This document shows positions 8,523-17,238 of a stretch of DNA of 64,000 nt, in pieces. Each line of letters opens with the position of its first letter. Within the stretch, counting starts at the first letter, position 1. The position numbers and the translations under genes were made by a program. The stretch covers positions 23,525 through 87,524 of the IMG/VR virus record IMGVR_UViG_2909979649_000007, one strand, 5' to 3'. Source of the stretch: a virus. Taxonomy: Duplodnaviria; Caudoviricetes. The notes beneath the pieces are model-generated. The model was not told where the DNA came from. It worked only from the letters and a program-made list of their open reading frames with translations, and did no database searches.

Positions 8523-9388
8523 TTGAAAACCTCCATATCGTCTGCCCAGGTTTCATCATCAAGGTCAACGGGTTTCTTAGTTGATTTACTGGCAAGGTTT
8601 TTGGTTTCTTGCTCGATGTTTTGCACTTGCTGCTGAGTTTTCTTTTCCAACGCCTGGTTAAGTTGCTGCTGCCGTTTCTGTTGGCTTTGGTAGTAAGGCC
8701 ATTGGCTGATCAGGTGTTTGATAAACTTGGCTGTCCATGATGGGTGGACGACATGTGTTCGATCAAGCCAGTAGGTTTTAAATTCTTCAAGACTCAAGGT
8801 TGCAAAAGCGGGATCAATGCCTGCCAGCATTAAACTCGCTTTAACTCGTTGCCAGTCAGGTTGCCAATCCGCAGTCATGGGATTGCCTTGGGTTTTTACT
8901 GGGGTTTCGTATTTTTTTTGAAAAATATCGGGCTCTGAATTTTTGACCTCGCGCGCGGTTGTTGTAATTGTGTTTGATGATTCTAATGATGATTCTAGGG
9001 GTACCACAGCTGTGATACCCTCCCCCTTACAGAGCTCTGATACCCCTTCTGTTATAGGGGTATCAGATTTTACCCCCTTATTTTTCTGGGGTTCCTCGGT
9101 TAGTGGCTCTTTAATGGTTGCACCGATATGCAAGAAAAAACCATTCGTGCTGGTGGCGCCATTTGCACGCGTTCTTTGTTGTTTAGTAATTAAATTTAAT
9201 TCTTCTAATGATTTTAAGTGTCGTCTAACTGTCTGCTTGGACATTGAGGATTTATTGGCAATTGTATCCATTGACGGCCAGCAGTAGCCTTGGTCATTCG
9301 CATTATCAGCCAATGACAATAAAACGATTTTTTTATAAGGGTCTAGTTTCGAAAGGGTAAATACCCAAGACATCGCTTGAATACTCAT
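8519..9388 (-). CDS. Replication initiator O-like (HTH_36 N-terminus, DnaT-like C-terminus)
   Basis: MSIQAMSWV..KIVLLSLADNANDQGYCWPSMDTIA..S..TV.RHL..LE. Confidence 0.88.
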   Translation of the reverse strand: MSIQAMSWVFTLSKLDPYKKIVLLSLADNANDQGYCWPSMDTIANKSSMSKQTVRRHLKSLEELNLITKQQRTRANGATSTNGFFLHIGATIKEPLTEEPQKNKGVKSDTPITEGVSELCKGEGITAVVPLESSLESSNTITTTAREVKNSEPDIFQKKYETPVKTQGNPMTADWQPDWQRVKASLMLAGIDPAFATLSLEEFKTYWLDRTHVVHPSWTAKFIKHLISQWPYYQSQQKRQQQLNQALEKKTQQQVQNIEQETKNLASKSTKKPVDLDDETWADDMEVFK

Positions 9389-9467
9389 AAATAACCCTCT
9401 TGAAACACTGAATTGATGTTGATTTTTTCGACAGTTTTCTGCATAATATCTACATCCTTTTGTTGTT

Positions 9468-9507
9468 AAAAAAACTGCTTCGCTTTGACGGGTAAAGCAG
9501 TTTTTTT
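9468..9507. terminator. Bidirectional terminator-like hairpin upstream of O
   Basis: A7-CTGCTT..AAGCAG-T7. Confidence 0.7.
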
Positions 9508-9886
9508 ATGCCTAAAATTTATCCCCGCCAATCTACAGCTAAGAAAATCAGCGCGTAAAAATACCCTGCCAGCAAAAACAATTTATTTGCTAGCCACTAA
9601 TTGAGCGTTAAACCCAATAATTGATAACGGTTAAGTTACCCAGACTGAGACTTTGGATTAATGCATTGTGGTTTTACTACTTCCATATCAGCGCTCCTTT
9701 ATATTGGATACTGTACAAGTAGACAGACCTTTTAGTTTCAATGACAACCAAACAGAAACTCGGTATAGTTTTTACACAACATGAGCGCTAGAACTACGAG
9801 AGCTGGGTCTAACACTCACCCCCAAACTTTGGCGTAAGGGTACCTCTCAAGCACTAGTGTTAGTGTTGATAAGGGTTTATTATGAG

Positions 9887-9920
9887 GCCGGGCTTCCTAT
9901 ATGAGAGGTCCGGCTTTTTT
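9887..9920 (+). terminator. Hairpin at the 5' end of the early lytic leader
   Basis: GCCGGGC..GTCCGGC + T6; homolog at 52982-53014. Confidence 0.55.
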
Positions 9921-9933
9921 ATTTATGAGTTGA

Positions 9934-9962
9934 ATAGTATTAATAGCGTTTTAAGTTGTCAA
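9934..9962 (-). promoter_or_regulatory. Early lytic (pR-like) promoter, divergent from the repressor
   Basis: TTGACA-N17-TACTAT. Confidence 0.8.
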
Positions 9963-10020
9963 TAACAATTGTTTTAGAATACTTAAACTAATTTCTGTTA
10001 CAGTTTGGTTACCTGTAAAT

Positions 10021-10722
10021 ATGACTGAAAAGAATAGCGAGCTTAAAGATAGAATCCGAGTATCTAGACAAGCTCTTGGCTTTTCCCAGCAAGAAGTAGC
10101 CGATAAGTTAGGAGTAACTAAGTCGGCTGTAGGTGCTTGGGAGCAAGGTAGGAATGATCCTTCAAAGCTTGTTATGAAAGAGTTGGCTAATATTCTTGAT
10201 ACCCCTTTAGAGTGGCTAGAGTCTGATGAAACTTATATTACTGATGACTGGATTGAGACAGGATTTGAAAAGAATAGTGAGTTTAAAGATCGACTAAAGG
10301 TTGTACGAAAGTTTCGAAAACTTACTCAAAAGGAGCTGGCTGAACAGTTACACATTACCCCGGCTGCCGTTGCGGCATGGGAAACTGGCCGCAGTAGACC
10401 TAATGAGGTAATAATTAAAAGGGTTAGTGAAATTTTTGATTGCCCATACAAATGGCTATCCTCTGATGAGGTTGCTCTTGGCAAGAAGTGGAAGGCAGGT
10501 ATAAACGAAGATAGCTCATCACCACCTAATATTGTCGAAGATTCCGCTTCTAAAACATACGGGCAAAAAGCTGTTGCAGATGAAGCAGGCTTTGTTGAAG
10601 AAATTAGTAAGCTATCAATAAGAATGACCAAGCTAGCATTTGAAAAACGCGTTACAGCAAGTGATATCCAGATGTTGAAAGCTTTCCTTGATGTTATTGA
10701 AAATAGGCAAGATAAAAAATAA
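10021..10722 (+). CDS. Prophage repressor with two tandem XRE HTH domains and no S24 peptidase
   Basis: Two repeats of SE(L/F)KDR..(S/T)Q.E.A..L..T..AV.AWE.GR..P. Confidence 0.85.
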   Translation: MTEKNSELKDRIRVSRQALGFSQQEVADKLGVTKSAVGAWEQGRNDPSKLVMKELANILDTPLEWLESDETYITDDWIETGFEKNSEFKDRLKVVRKFRKLTQKELAEQLHITPAAVAAWETGRSRPNEVIIKRVSEIFDCPYKWLSSDEVALGKKWKAGINEDSSSPPNIVEDSASKTYGQKAVADEAGFVEEISKLSIRMTKLAFEKRVTASDIQMLKAFLDVIENRQDKK

Positions 10723-10881
10723 CTACCTACCGCTATCTTCCTGTTCCTTTCTGAACCTCCTTGAATTTCATACAAATAGATTTTATCTATTGTTTTTTTC
10801 TTTACAATAACCAAAATAAACTTCAAATCTACTCAAATTTAACAAATTATTATATGGTTACTTTAGTGTTTTGGTATAGCT

Positions 10882-11322
10882 ATGGACAGCACAATAACTT
10901 CAGATGGACACTGGCAAGCTCACTTGGACAACCCATATTTAGCGCCACGTGAGACTGAATACTGCTTAGGTTTACTATCCGGCAAGACTGATAAAGTCAT
11001 TGCTCGTGAGCAGGGTGTAGAGCCCAACTCAGTGAGCAGCAGAATAAAAAACGTACATTACAAGCTTAAAACTGCTAATCGAGCGCATTTAGTGGCCGAG
11101 TTAATACGGCTGAAGATTGTCACCCTTAATGTTTCGCCAGTGGTGATGATGTTGTTATCTGCATTTGTCGTTAATAGTGTGCCGATGGTGGTGAATGATA
11201 ACCCTGATAAACCCAGGCAAGTCCGCATAGTACAACGGACTGGAAGACGGCTGGAGTATTTACCGTTAGATAACTCAAAAGGAGACGAGCTATGTATGAA
11301 AACGCAAATGTATATCAGCTAA
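10882..11322 (+). CDS. Phage LuxR-type HTH regulator with hydrophobic C-terminal segment
   Basis: LAPRETEY..GKTDKVIARE.GV...V..RIKNVHYKLKTANRAHLVAE. Confidence 0.8.
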   Translation: MDSTITSDGHWQAHLDNPYLAPRETEYCLGLLSGKTDKVIAREQGVEPNSVSSRIKNVHYKLKTANRAHLVAELIRLKIVTLNVSPVVMMLLSAFVVNSVPMVVNDNPDKPRQVRIVQRTGRRLEYLPLDNSKGDELCMKTQMYIS

Positions 11323-11798
11323 ATGCTAATGCTGATTATGTTGTTGAGCAGTTATTAGGTGGGGTTAGAGATGCTGAGTTTACCCCTTGTAGTAAATATC
11401 AAGAATTAAGTTATGGTTTTGTACCGGTTAAAAAAGGTAGTTATCTGGAGACACGAAAAAAATTAGCCGTATTCAAAGTTAAATTAGAGAAAAAGGTATT
11501 ATCACCTACGGTTTTAAGACAGCGTGTCATTGAAGCTGTTGAAGACCATAAAGACCTTACGGGAGAACGTTTGACTAAACAGCAAATTGAATGTGTATGG
11601 AAAGAAATTAGAACCGGGCTGATTCCTCAGGCACCCAAAATAACAACAGTGGTTGAGGTTTATATTGATACGGAGCGAGGCTGCTTAGTCGTTAACAATC
11701 AAGATATCGATTTAAATAAGTTATTTCTACAGTTATTTACACAAATAGTTAGCAGTGGCAAAACTGCCATAATGCTAAACCACATGGTGGCTGCATGA
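11292..11798 (+). CDS. Short RdgC-like protein (N-terminal half only)
   Basis: FTPCSKYQELSYGFVPV..EKKVLSP..LIPQA..VYIDT; homologous to the N-half of 54325-55239. Confidence 0.75.
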   Translation: MYENANVYQLNANADYVVEQLLGGVRDAEFTPCSKYQELSYGFVPVKKGSYLETRKKLAVFKVKLEKKVLSPTVLRQRVIEAVEDHKDLTGERLTKQQIECVWKEIRTGLIPQAPKITTVVEVYIDTERGCLVVNNQDIDLNKLFLQLFTQIVSSGKTAIMLNHMVAA

Positions 11799-12001
11799 CT
11801 ATGGCTACTCGATTACCTAAGAATGAAATAGTTATTAACCAGCAACAAAGAAGGAGAAAAACAGAAGCCGATTTGCTATGGGATAAAATAACCGAAAAAT
11901 ATCAAGCTGATTTAGCTATTCATAAAAGTCTGCGCTGTCGAATGCGGTATGTGCTTGATAAAACCCGGCATAAGTTATTTGTAGAACCAGCAACTTTTTA
12001 A
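11795..12001 (+). CDS. Hypothetical phage protein (homolog of 55236-55445)
   Basis: MATRLPK..RRRKTEA..WDKIT..SLR.R.RY.LDKT.HKL in both prophages. Confidence 0.75.
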   Translation: MTMATRLPKNEIVINQQQRRRKTEADLLWDKITEKYQADLAIHKSLRCRMRYVLDKTRHKLFVEPATF

Positions 12002-12076
12002 ACTAAATAAATAATAGTTATTAAATGCTCAATTTTGAGCCACGGCACCTTATTGCCTGAAGAAAGGAGATAATTA

Positions 12077-12571
12077 ATGAATACCCAAACCATCATCAAT
12101 GAACTTAAAGAGAAGGCTAGAGGTAGTTGGGAAGGAAAAGTCGGTGAAGACAGAGCAGTTAAACTTGAGTCCTTTTTGAATAAAATGCTTACCGAATACT
12201 CAGAAAAACTTGGCTACTCCGAGTACGAAATTATCTCTGCTATCGAAAAAACCAGAAATTATTCAGCCATTAACTATTATCAAGAGTCAAACTTTCCCAG
12301 TCTAGAAGGTGTTGATGTATATGAAACACTAAAAGACTTGAAAGCTGCAATAAAAACAGTCGCTTTCAAGTGCCCTGCATGCAATGGTATTTCAACTAAT
12401 CCTTATGAGTGTAATTCTGGTGTGAAGTCAAAAGAAGGTAAAGCGTGTGACTGGAAGTCTTATGGCTTATTTAGAACATTAGGGGAAGGCTATCGATTTA
12501 CTATCAAAGAAAGCTTTTTAGAAAAACCAAGAATTGACGAAATATTTATGCCAGTTGACCTCATTAAGTAG
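12077..12571 (+). CDS. Hypothetical phage protein with Cys (Zn) motif
   Basis: FKCPACNGISTNPYECNSG..CDWKSYGLF; SD AAGGAG. Confidence 0.7.
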   Translation: MNTQTIINELKEKARGSWEGKVGEDRAVKLESFLNKMLTEYSEKLGYSEYEIISAIEKTRNYSAINYYQESNFPSLEGVDVYETLKDLKAAIKTVAFKCPACNGISTNPYECNSGVKSKEGKACDWKSYGLFRTLGEGYRFTIKESFLEKPRIDEIFMPVDLIK

Positions 12572-12600
12572 CTAATACTATCTATTATGGAGAAATTGAC

Positions 12601-12816
12601 ATGGAAATCAATCGAATGGAGTTAACTAAAAAGAATTTAAAGCTATACGAGAAAGCCAAACAATATATTGAGTATTACACCCTCGCTAAAAATAGAAAAC
12701 CAAGACAATTACATATTACTAAAGAGCAGTTGGAAGCCTTTAAAACGAACTTAATTAAATACAATTGCAAGCCGCCGTATACCATTAATGGCGTGCGGCT
12801 TATACCCTTAAACTAA
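12601..12816 (+). CDS. Hypothetical phage protein (homolog of 60391-60624)
   Basis: MEINRM.L..YIEYYTLAK..RKP..PPYT.NG. Confidence 0.7.
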   Translation: MEINRMELTKKNLKLYEKAKQYIEYYTLAKNRKPRQLHITKEQLEAFKTNLIKYNCKPPYTINGVRLIPLN

Positions 12817-12833
12817 GGAAGACGCCGATAACC

Positions 12834-13235
12834 ATGATCAATAACGAACTGGACTTACAACCATGGAAACCACGCACCAGGGTGTTTAATTATCGTCGTA
12901 TTGATGCTAATAGTAATGAAATAGGCGTCACTGAGTTTATTCTTGATCAGTCTGCAGGTATCGCTAACCAGGCAATAGCTAAAATGGTTGCCTCAAATAA
13001 ATTAAAAAATAATGACTTTGATGCTGAAAAATTGAGTAAAGATAACCAAAAGCTAGTTAATAAAATTTACCAATACATTCAAGTTTTTGAGGCGAATAAA
13101 GGTCGTAAGCCACACTTTATTTGGCTTACTCACGACCAGATAAGAAGTATAAAAAGTGATTGCAGAAAAGCTGGAATCTCACCCCCTAAAAATTTCCGAG
13201 GGGTAATGTACACGCACTATTTAGGAGCTGTTTAA
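12834..13235 (+). CDS. Hypothetical phage protein; C-half paralogous to 12601-12816
   Basis: YQYIQVF..KGRKP.FI.LT..Q..PPKNFRGV. Confidence 0.6.
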   Translation: MINNELDLQPWKPRTRVFNYRRIDANSNEIGVTEFILDQSAGIANQAIAKMVASNKLKNNDFDAEKLSKDNQKLVNKIYQYIQVFEANKGRKPHFIWLTHDQIRSIKSDCRKAGISPPKNFRGVMYTHYLGAV

Positions 13236-13237
13236 TT

Positions 13238-13567
13238 ATGTTGACTGTAACACGTCGTATAGGTGAATCCCTGAAGGTTGGGGATTACCGGCTGGTAATG
13301 CGAGCGAGAAGAGTGGGCGGAGTAACGCTCACTACCTTGCATCGAGGTCATATAAGCATTAAAGACATTGAGTTTGGCCACCCCCTTAAGTTGAATCACG
13401 AGATAACAGTTTACCCCTACCCTAGCAATAGGGAGAGTTTATCTAAGTCAATGGGGCAGGCAAAGCTAAGTGTTAGTGCACCTAAACACATAAAAGTCGA
13501 GCGTGATGAAATTGAAACAGGCTTTAACAGGAGTAATAGTCAAACTTATTTTGGCGTAGTGACTTGA
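13238..13567 (+). CDS. CsrA/RsmA-like protein, extended or tandem fold
   Basis: MLTVTRRIGESLKVGD at the N-terminus and SVSAPKHIKVERDEI at the C-terminus, about 45 aa further apart than in CsrA. Confidence 0.75.
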   Translation: MLTVTRRIGESLKVGDYRLVMRARRVGGVTLTTLHRGHISIKDIEFGHPLKLNHEITVYPYPSNRESLSKSMGQAKLSVSAPKHIKVERDEIETGFNRSNSQTYFGVVT

Positions 13568-13606
13568 GGTTTTTACAACAACCAACAAATATAAAGGTAA
13601 TTATTT

Positions 13607-13816
13607 ATGATAAAAAAACCCAATTTATTATCAATTAAAGATTGGATTGCAACCCGCTTTATTTCAGGTGCACCCTCTATTAGCACAGTAAACCGCTTAT
13701 GTCGTGAAGGTAAACTACCCGCCACTAAAATAGGCAATACTTGGTACATTGAAGCAGATATTGAAAAGAGTATGACTGGTAATGAGCTGGTTGATAAAGT
13801 ATTAAATGGTTTGTAA
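13607..13816 (+). CDS. Excisionase
   Basis: LLSIKDW..PS..TV.RLCREGKLPATKIGNTWYI; precedes the integrase. Confidence 0.8.
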   Translation: MIKKPNLLSIKDWIATRFISGAPSISTVNRLCREGKLPATKIGNTWYIEADIEKSMTGNELVDKVLNGL

Positions 13817-13818
13817 TT

Positions 13819-14934
13819 ATGCCACCACGCAAAAGAAGTAGGAAAAATCTAGGGCTAGAGCCTAACTTATATACCTATGGACCAAAAAACGACTACTTCC
13901 GGTACAAGCACCCCCTTACTGGAAAGTACCACCCCATGGGTAAGAATCGAGCCAAAGCACAAGCGGCGGCTCGTCAGCTGAATATTAGGCTTGATGGCCA
14001 GTGTATGCTGGTCGCTCATGTGATGGACTCCGATGCAGCTAATGTTGAGCTGCTAATTGATAGGTTTAAAAAAGAGTTTTTACCTACTCGCAACCTTAAG
14101 CCTCGCAGCTTATTGAATTCTGAGTATCGATTAAATCGCATTGCCAGGGATATTGGAAAGCTGCCATTAAAAGAACTTACAGTGCCAACTGTTGCTGACT
14201 ATCTAGATAATAGTTTTTCAGGTGACTCTTACTGCCAACATCGATCAATTTTAATTCAAGTTTGTCGCTTCGGTATCACTAAAGGATTACTAACTTTCAA
14301 CCCCGCTGAAGTAACAATGAATAAAAAAGCTGAAAAAATACGGCAACGGATGACCATTGAGCAATACCACGCTATATACCAATTAGCAGACCCTTGGTTG
14401 AAAAATGCTATGGATATTGGGTTAATTACCCTTCAACGTGCAGGTGATGTTGTAAAAATGAAGTTTGAGGACATCAAAGACAACCGCCTCTTTGTTATAC
14501 AACAGAAGACAGAAAAGCATGGTGAATCAGCCTACCTGGCCATCAACATTGGCGAAGAGCTAGGTGCAGTTATTAAACGAGCAAGCGAGAGTGGTATACG
14601 TAGCCCCTACATTGTTCACAGAAACCCTGACAGGCGCAGTAGCAGCCATCGGCGTAATGACCACTGGACAGCTATTAAGCGTGATTATCTCAGCCGAGCA
14701 TTCTCTGAGGTGCGGGATAAAACTAACTTATTTAAGGAGTTAAAAGCCAGAGAGCGCCCCACCTTTCACGAAATACGATCCCTGGGTGGCTACCTCTATG
14801 AAAAAGCGGGATACGACAAGGACTTTATTAGACGACTAATGGGTCATACTTCTGAAAAAATGACATCACATTACTTAGATGGTCATGCTAATCGATGGAC
14901 AGAATGTTCAGCTGAACTAGTCATACCAGATTAG
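13819..14934 (+). CDS. Tyrosine integrase (lambda Int-like)
   Basis: Arm-binding N-terminus; LQRAGD (R), TFHEIRSL (HxxR), LMGH..MT.HY. Confidence 0.95.
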   Translation: MPPRKRSRKNLGLEPNLYTYGPKNDYFRYKHPLTGKYHPMGKNRAKAQAAARQLNIRLDGQCMLVAHVMDSDAANVELLIDRFKKEFLPTRNLKPRSLLNSEYRLNRIARDIGKLPLKELTVPTVADYLDNSFSGDSYCQHRSILIQVCRFGITKGLLTFNPAEVTMNKKAEKIRQRMTIEQYHAIYQLADPWLKNAMDIGLITLQRAGDVVKMKFEDIKDNRLFVIQQKTEKHGESAYLAINIGEELGAVIKRASESGIRSPYIVHRNPDRRSSSHRRNDHWTAIKRDYLSRAFSEVRDKTNLFKELKARERPTFHEIRSLGGYLYEKAGYDKDFIRRLMGHTSEKMTSHYLDGHANRWTECSAELVIPD

Positions 14935-15017
14935 TGGTACTATCATAAATTACATTCCCCTTGGCAACCATGTGTATATAAAAATTCGCTTCACGATTGC
15001 CAAGGCAATACATTTAT

Positions 15018-15800
15018 TTAAAGCCCATCGCTTTTCTTACTTATAACAATTACTCCAACAAGCTGATAATCCTCATTTCCATCTAGTTCATATTCCTGTA
15101 CATATGGATCATCAGGTCTAGGAAAATATCCCTCTTCAACTGTAAAAACATTTATATCTTGTGATACTTTATTTAGAATTGGCTCATGCCTTATATATTT
15201 TTTATAACGTTTTTTTATTTTTTCTTTGTTCTTATTTTTGTCTGAGTCGTTTATAGCTTTTCTAAAACTGTGAAAAGCCATAAATGCCGTAAAAGAAAGT
15301 TTTGAGACACCTGTAGTAAATTTTAAATTAAGGAGTTCACTATTTCTTTTCAAGTCTCGAAGAATATATTTTTTTACTGGATTAAACCCCTTACATTCTA
15401 TCACGCAAAGCGGATCGTGAATTATAGGATTCCTACTTTTTTTGTATACAGCAATATCAACTCTTCCTCTTCTACTTACCCTTTTTCCGGGACCATAAAC
15501 TTCCCTCGGATATAGCCAACTTTTTTTTGACATAAGAGGCCTTCTTGAAGGACGTGGTTTACACCTAGATTCTAGCTTAGCTGTCTTATGTTCTAAGAAA
15601 ATTTGGTATACCCCGCTTGTGAATGGCGTGCCTGGATCCTTGTTCAACTCATCAATTGCTTTAGCAGCATTTACTGTTAACAGGTACTCTGCTCCTATTG
15701 GCATGCTCTCATCTTGCAAGAAACGAAATGAATCCATGTGCGAAGTAAACATGGACTCTTTTAACTTTTTGATAATTTCATCTTCCATGACTAAATCCAT
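15018..15800 (-). CDS. Accessory protein with PD-(D/E)XK-like nuclease motif
   Basis: GRVDIAVY..VIECKGF; AT-rich, convergent with int, between int and att. Confidence 0.6.
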   Translation of the reverse strand: MDLVMEDEIIKKLKESMFTSHMDSFRFLQDESMPIGAEYLLTVNAAKAIDELNKDPGTPFTSGVYQIFLEHKTAKLESRCKPRPSRRPLMSKKSWLYPREVYGPGKRVSRRGRVDIAVYKKSRNPIIHDPLCVIECKGFNPVKKYILRDLKRNSELLNLKFTTGVSKLSFTAFMAFHSFRKAINDSDKNKNKEKIKKRYKKYIRHEPILNKVSQDINVFTVEEGYFPRPDDPYVQEYELDGNEDYQLVGVIVISKKSDGL

Positions 15801-16093
15801 ACAATACAGAAGGCTTTCAAACCGTCGATATCAGGGATCAAACTTCATTTACAAGTCATACCACGCTAATAGTAACGTCACAAACTGTTGTTTTTAGATC
15901 ATATAAGAATATAGCATGAAGTAGGGCTCAACTAAAAAAATAGACTTAGCGAACTAGATTACACGTCAACTGACTTCTAAAAACAGGGGTAGAATCTGGT
16001 GTTATTTACTTAAAATATACTTAATTTATACTTAAAGAAGAATGATTCTTAATTGCAGAAAGGATGTAAGTAATTGAATCTAAAGAGAAAAAA

Positions 16094-16138
16094 TGGTCGG
16101 AGTGAGAGGATTCGAACCTCCGACCCCCACAACCCCAT
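16094..16138 (-). pseudogene. 3' half of tRNA-Pro(GGG) from the anticodon loop to CCA; att core
   Basis: Minus strand ATGGGGT TGTGG GGGTC GGAGG TTCGAAT CCTCT CACTCCG ACCA; no D-arm or 5' acceptor strand upstream. Confidence 0.88.
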
Positions 16139-16662
16139 ATATATCCTATGATCTAGTATAACCTATTGATTTTATTGAAAAAAGCACCCTCTTGTCCTAC
16201 ACCCATTATAGCCATTATACCCCCTTATGAATCCTGGGCTACAAGGTGCATATTGCAGACATTCTGGGCCTTTGGGATAGGTAACACCTGTCGTGGTTAA
16301 AATTTAGGCTTCTTGTCTTTTGATCTATCGTCTAACAATCGATCCCCTACCCCACTCAGCTGGCCTCTACTTTTCATTCTGAAGACGCTCCACTTTCTAT
16401 AAATTCAGGCCATTACCAGAACCAATATTTAGATTAATTATTTATATTTATAGATGTTTTTATAACCTTAATATATCGCTTTTACGTCAATAAGGTCCTT
16501 TTGCATCAGTTAGTGAACTAAATACACAACAGATCAATTTATCGTTTGGTTCTAAAAATATTTCCTGGAAGAATTTCCCCTAATTTTTCAGTATCATAGC
16601 TTTTTAAATAGCACCAGGTGTGAATACACCCTTTTTCAATCATTGATTAACAAGGGCTAAGA

Positions 16663-16884
16663 ATGTCTGAAAATAAACCCTGGAATAATAACCAAATACA
16701 AAAGTTAATAGCTGAGTTAAACCAATCGTCGTTGACGACAGATGAGATTGGTCATGTGAGCATAGAAGAGTATAAGGAGTTAAAAAATAAATATTTAAAA
16801 GTGACTATGAAAGCTATAGAAATGGAGCAAGCTTTACGCACAATTAATAGAGCATCAAATATTGCTCTTTTGGATGAGTGTTAA
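16663..16884 (+). CDS. Hypothetical coiled-coil protein
   Basis: ORF only. Confidence 0.4.
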   Translation: MSENKPWNNNQIQKLIAELNQSSLTTDEIGHVSIEEYKELKNKYLKVTMKAIEMEQALRTINRASNIALLDEC

Positions 16885-17049
16885 TATCGAAGAATAAGTT
16901 ATCTGGTTAGCTATGGTGTTGAAGTACATAGCAAGCCGAAAAATAAGCTGTAAGTAACCGTGTTTAGTCTTGCTTCCAGCCACATCATATAGCAGGCCCA
17001 ATATTGGGTTAGCTTTCCTTTCTTGTTCCTTTTTCATGTTCTTTGTCAA
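16855..17049 (-). CDS. Hypothetical or remnant ORF
   Basis: ORF only. Confidence 0.25.
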   Translation of the reverse strand: MTKNMKKEQERKANPILGLLYDVAGSKTKHGYLQLIFRLAMYFNTIANQITYSSILTLIQKSNI

Positions 17050-17238
17050 GCTTGATTGGGTGGTATTTTCTACGTAGTTACCGAGCCATAATCACTCACA
17101 CTTATGATTAATTACTTTCCCTATAACTGAAATTAATAAACGTGAATTAAATTTGATCTTTGCTTGTGTGTGAGTAAAAATTGCGCATTTTCATGTTTGC
17201 AAAACATAGTTTTGATCGTTTCAGAAGTGGATGTGTGA

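Larger units (their letters stand above)
1..16138. mobile_element. Prophage 1 (lambdoid, HK97-like packaging); continues beyond the left edge
   Basis: Ordered terS-cos-HNH-lysis-Q-P/O-repressor-xis-int module ending at a tRNA-derived att-like core. Confidence 0.9.

Noticed and set aside
9519-9686. Stop-codon recoding in a 56-codon frame with two in-frame stops
   Set aside because: The stops differ (TAA, TAG), there is no suppressor tRNA, and other genes use the standard code; a mini-ORF or decayed gene is more likely.
16094-16170. Intact tRNA-Pro gene
   Set aside because: The sequence 5' of the anticodon loop cannot form the anticodon stem, D-arm or acceptor stem; it is a fragment only.
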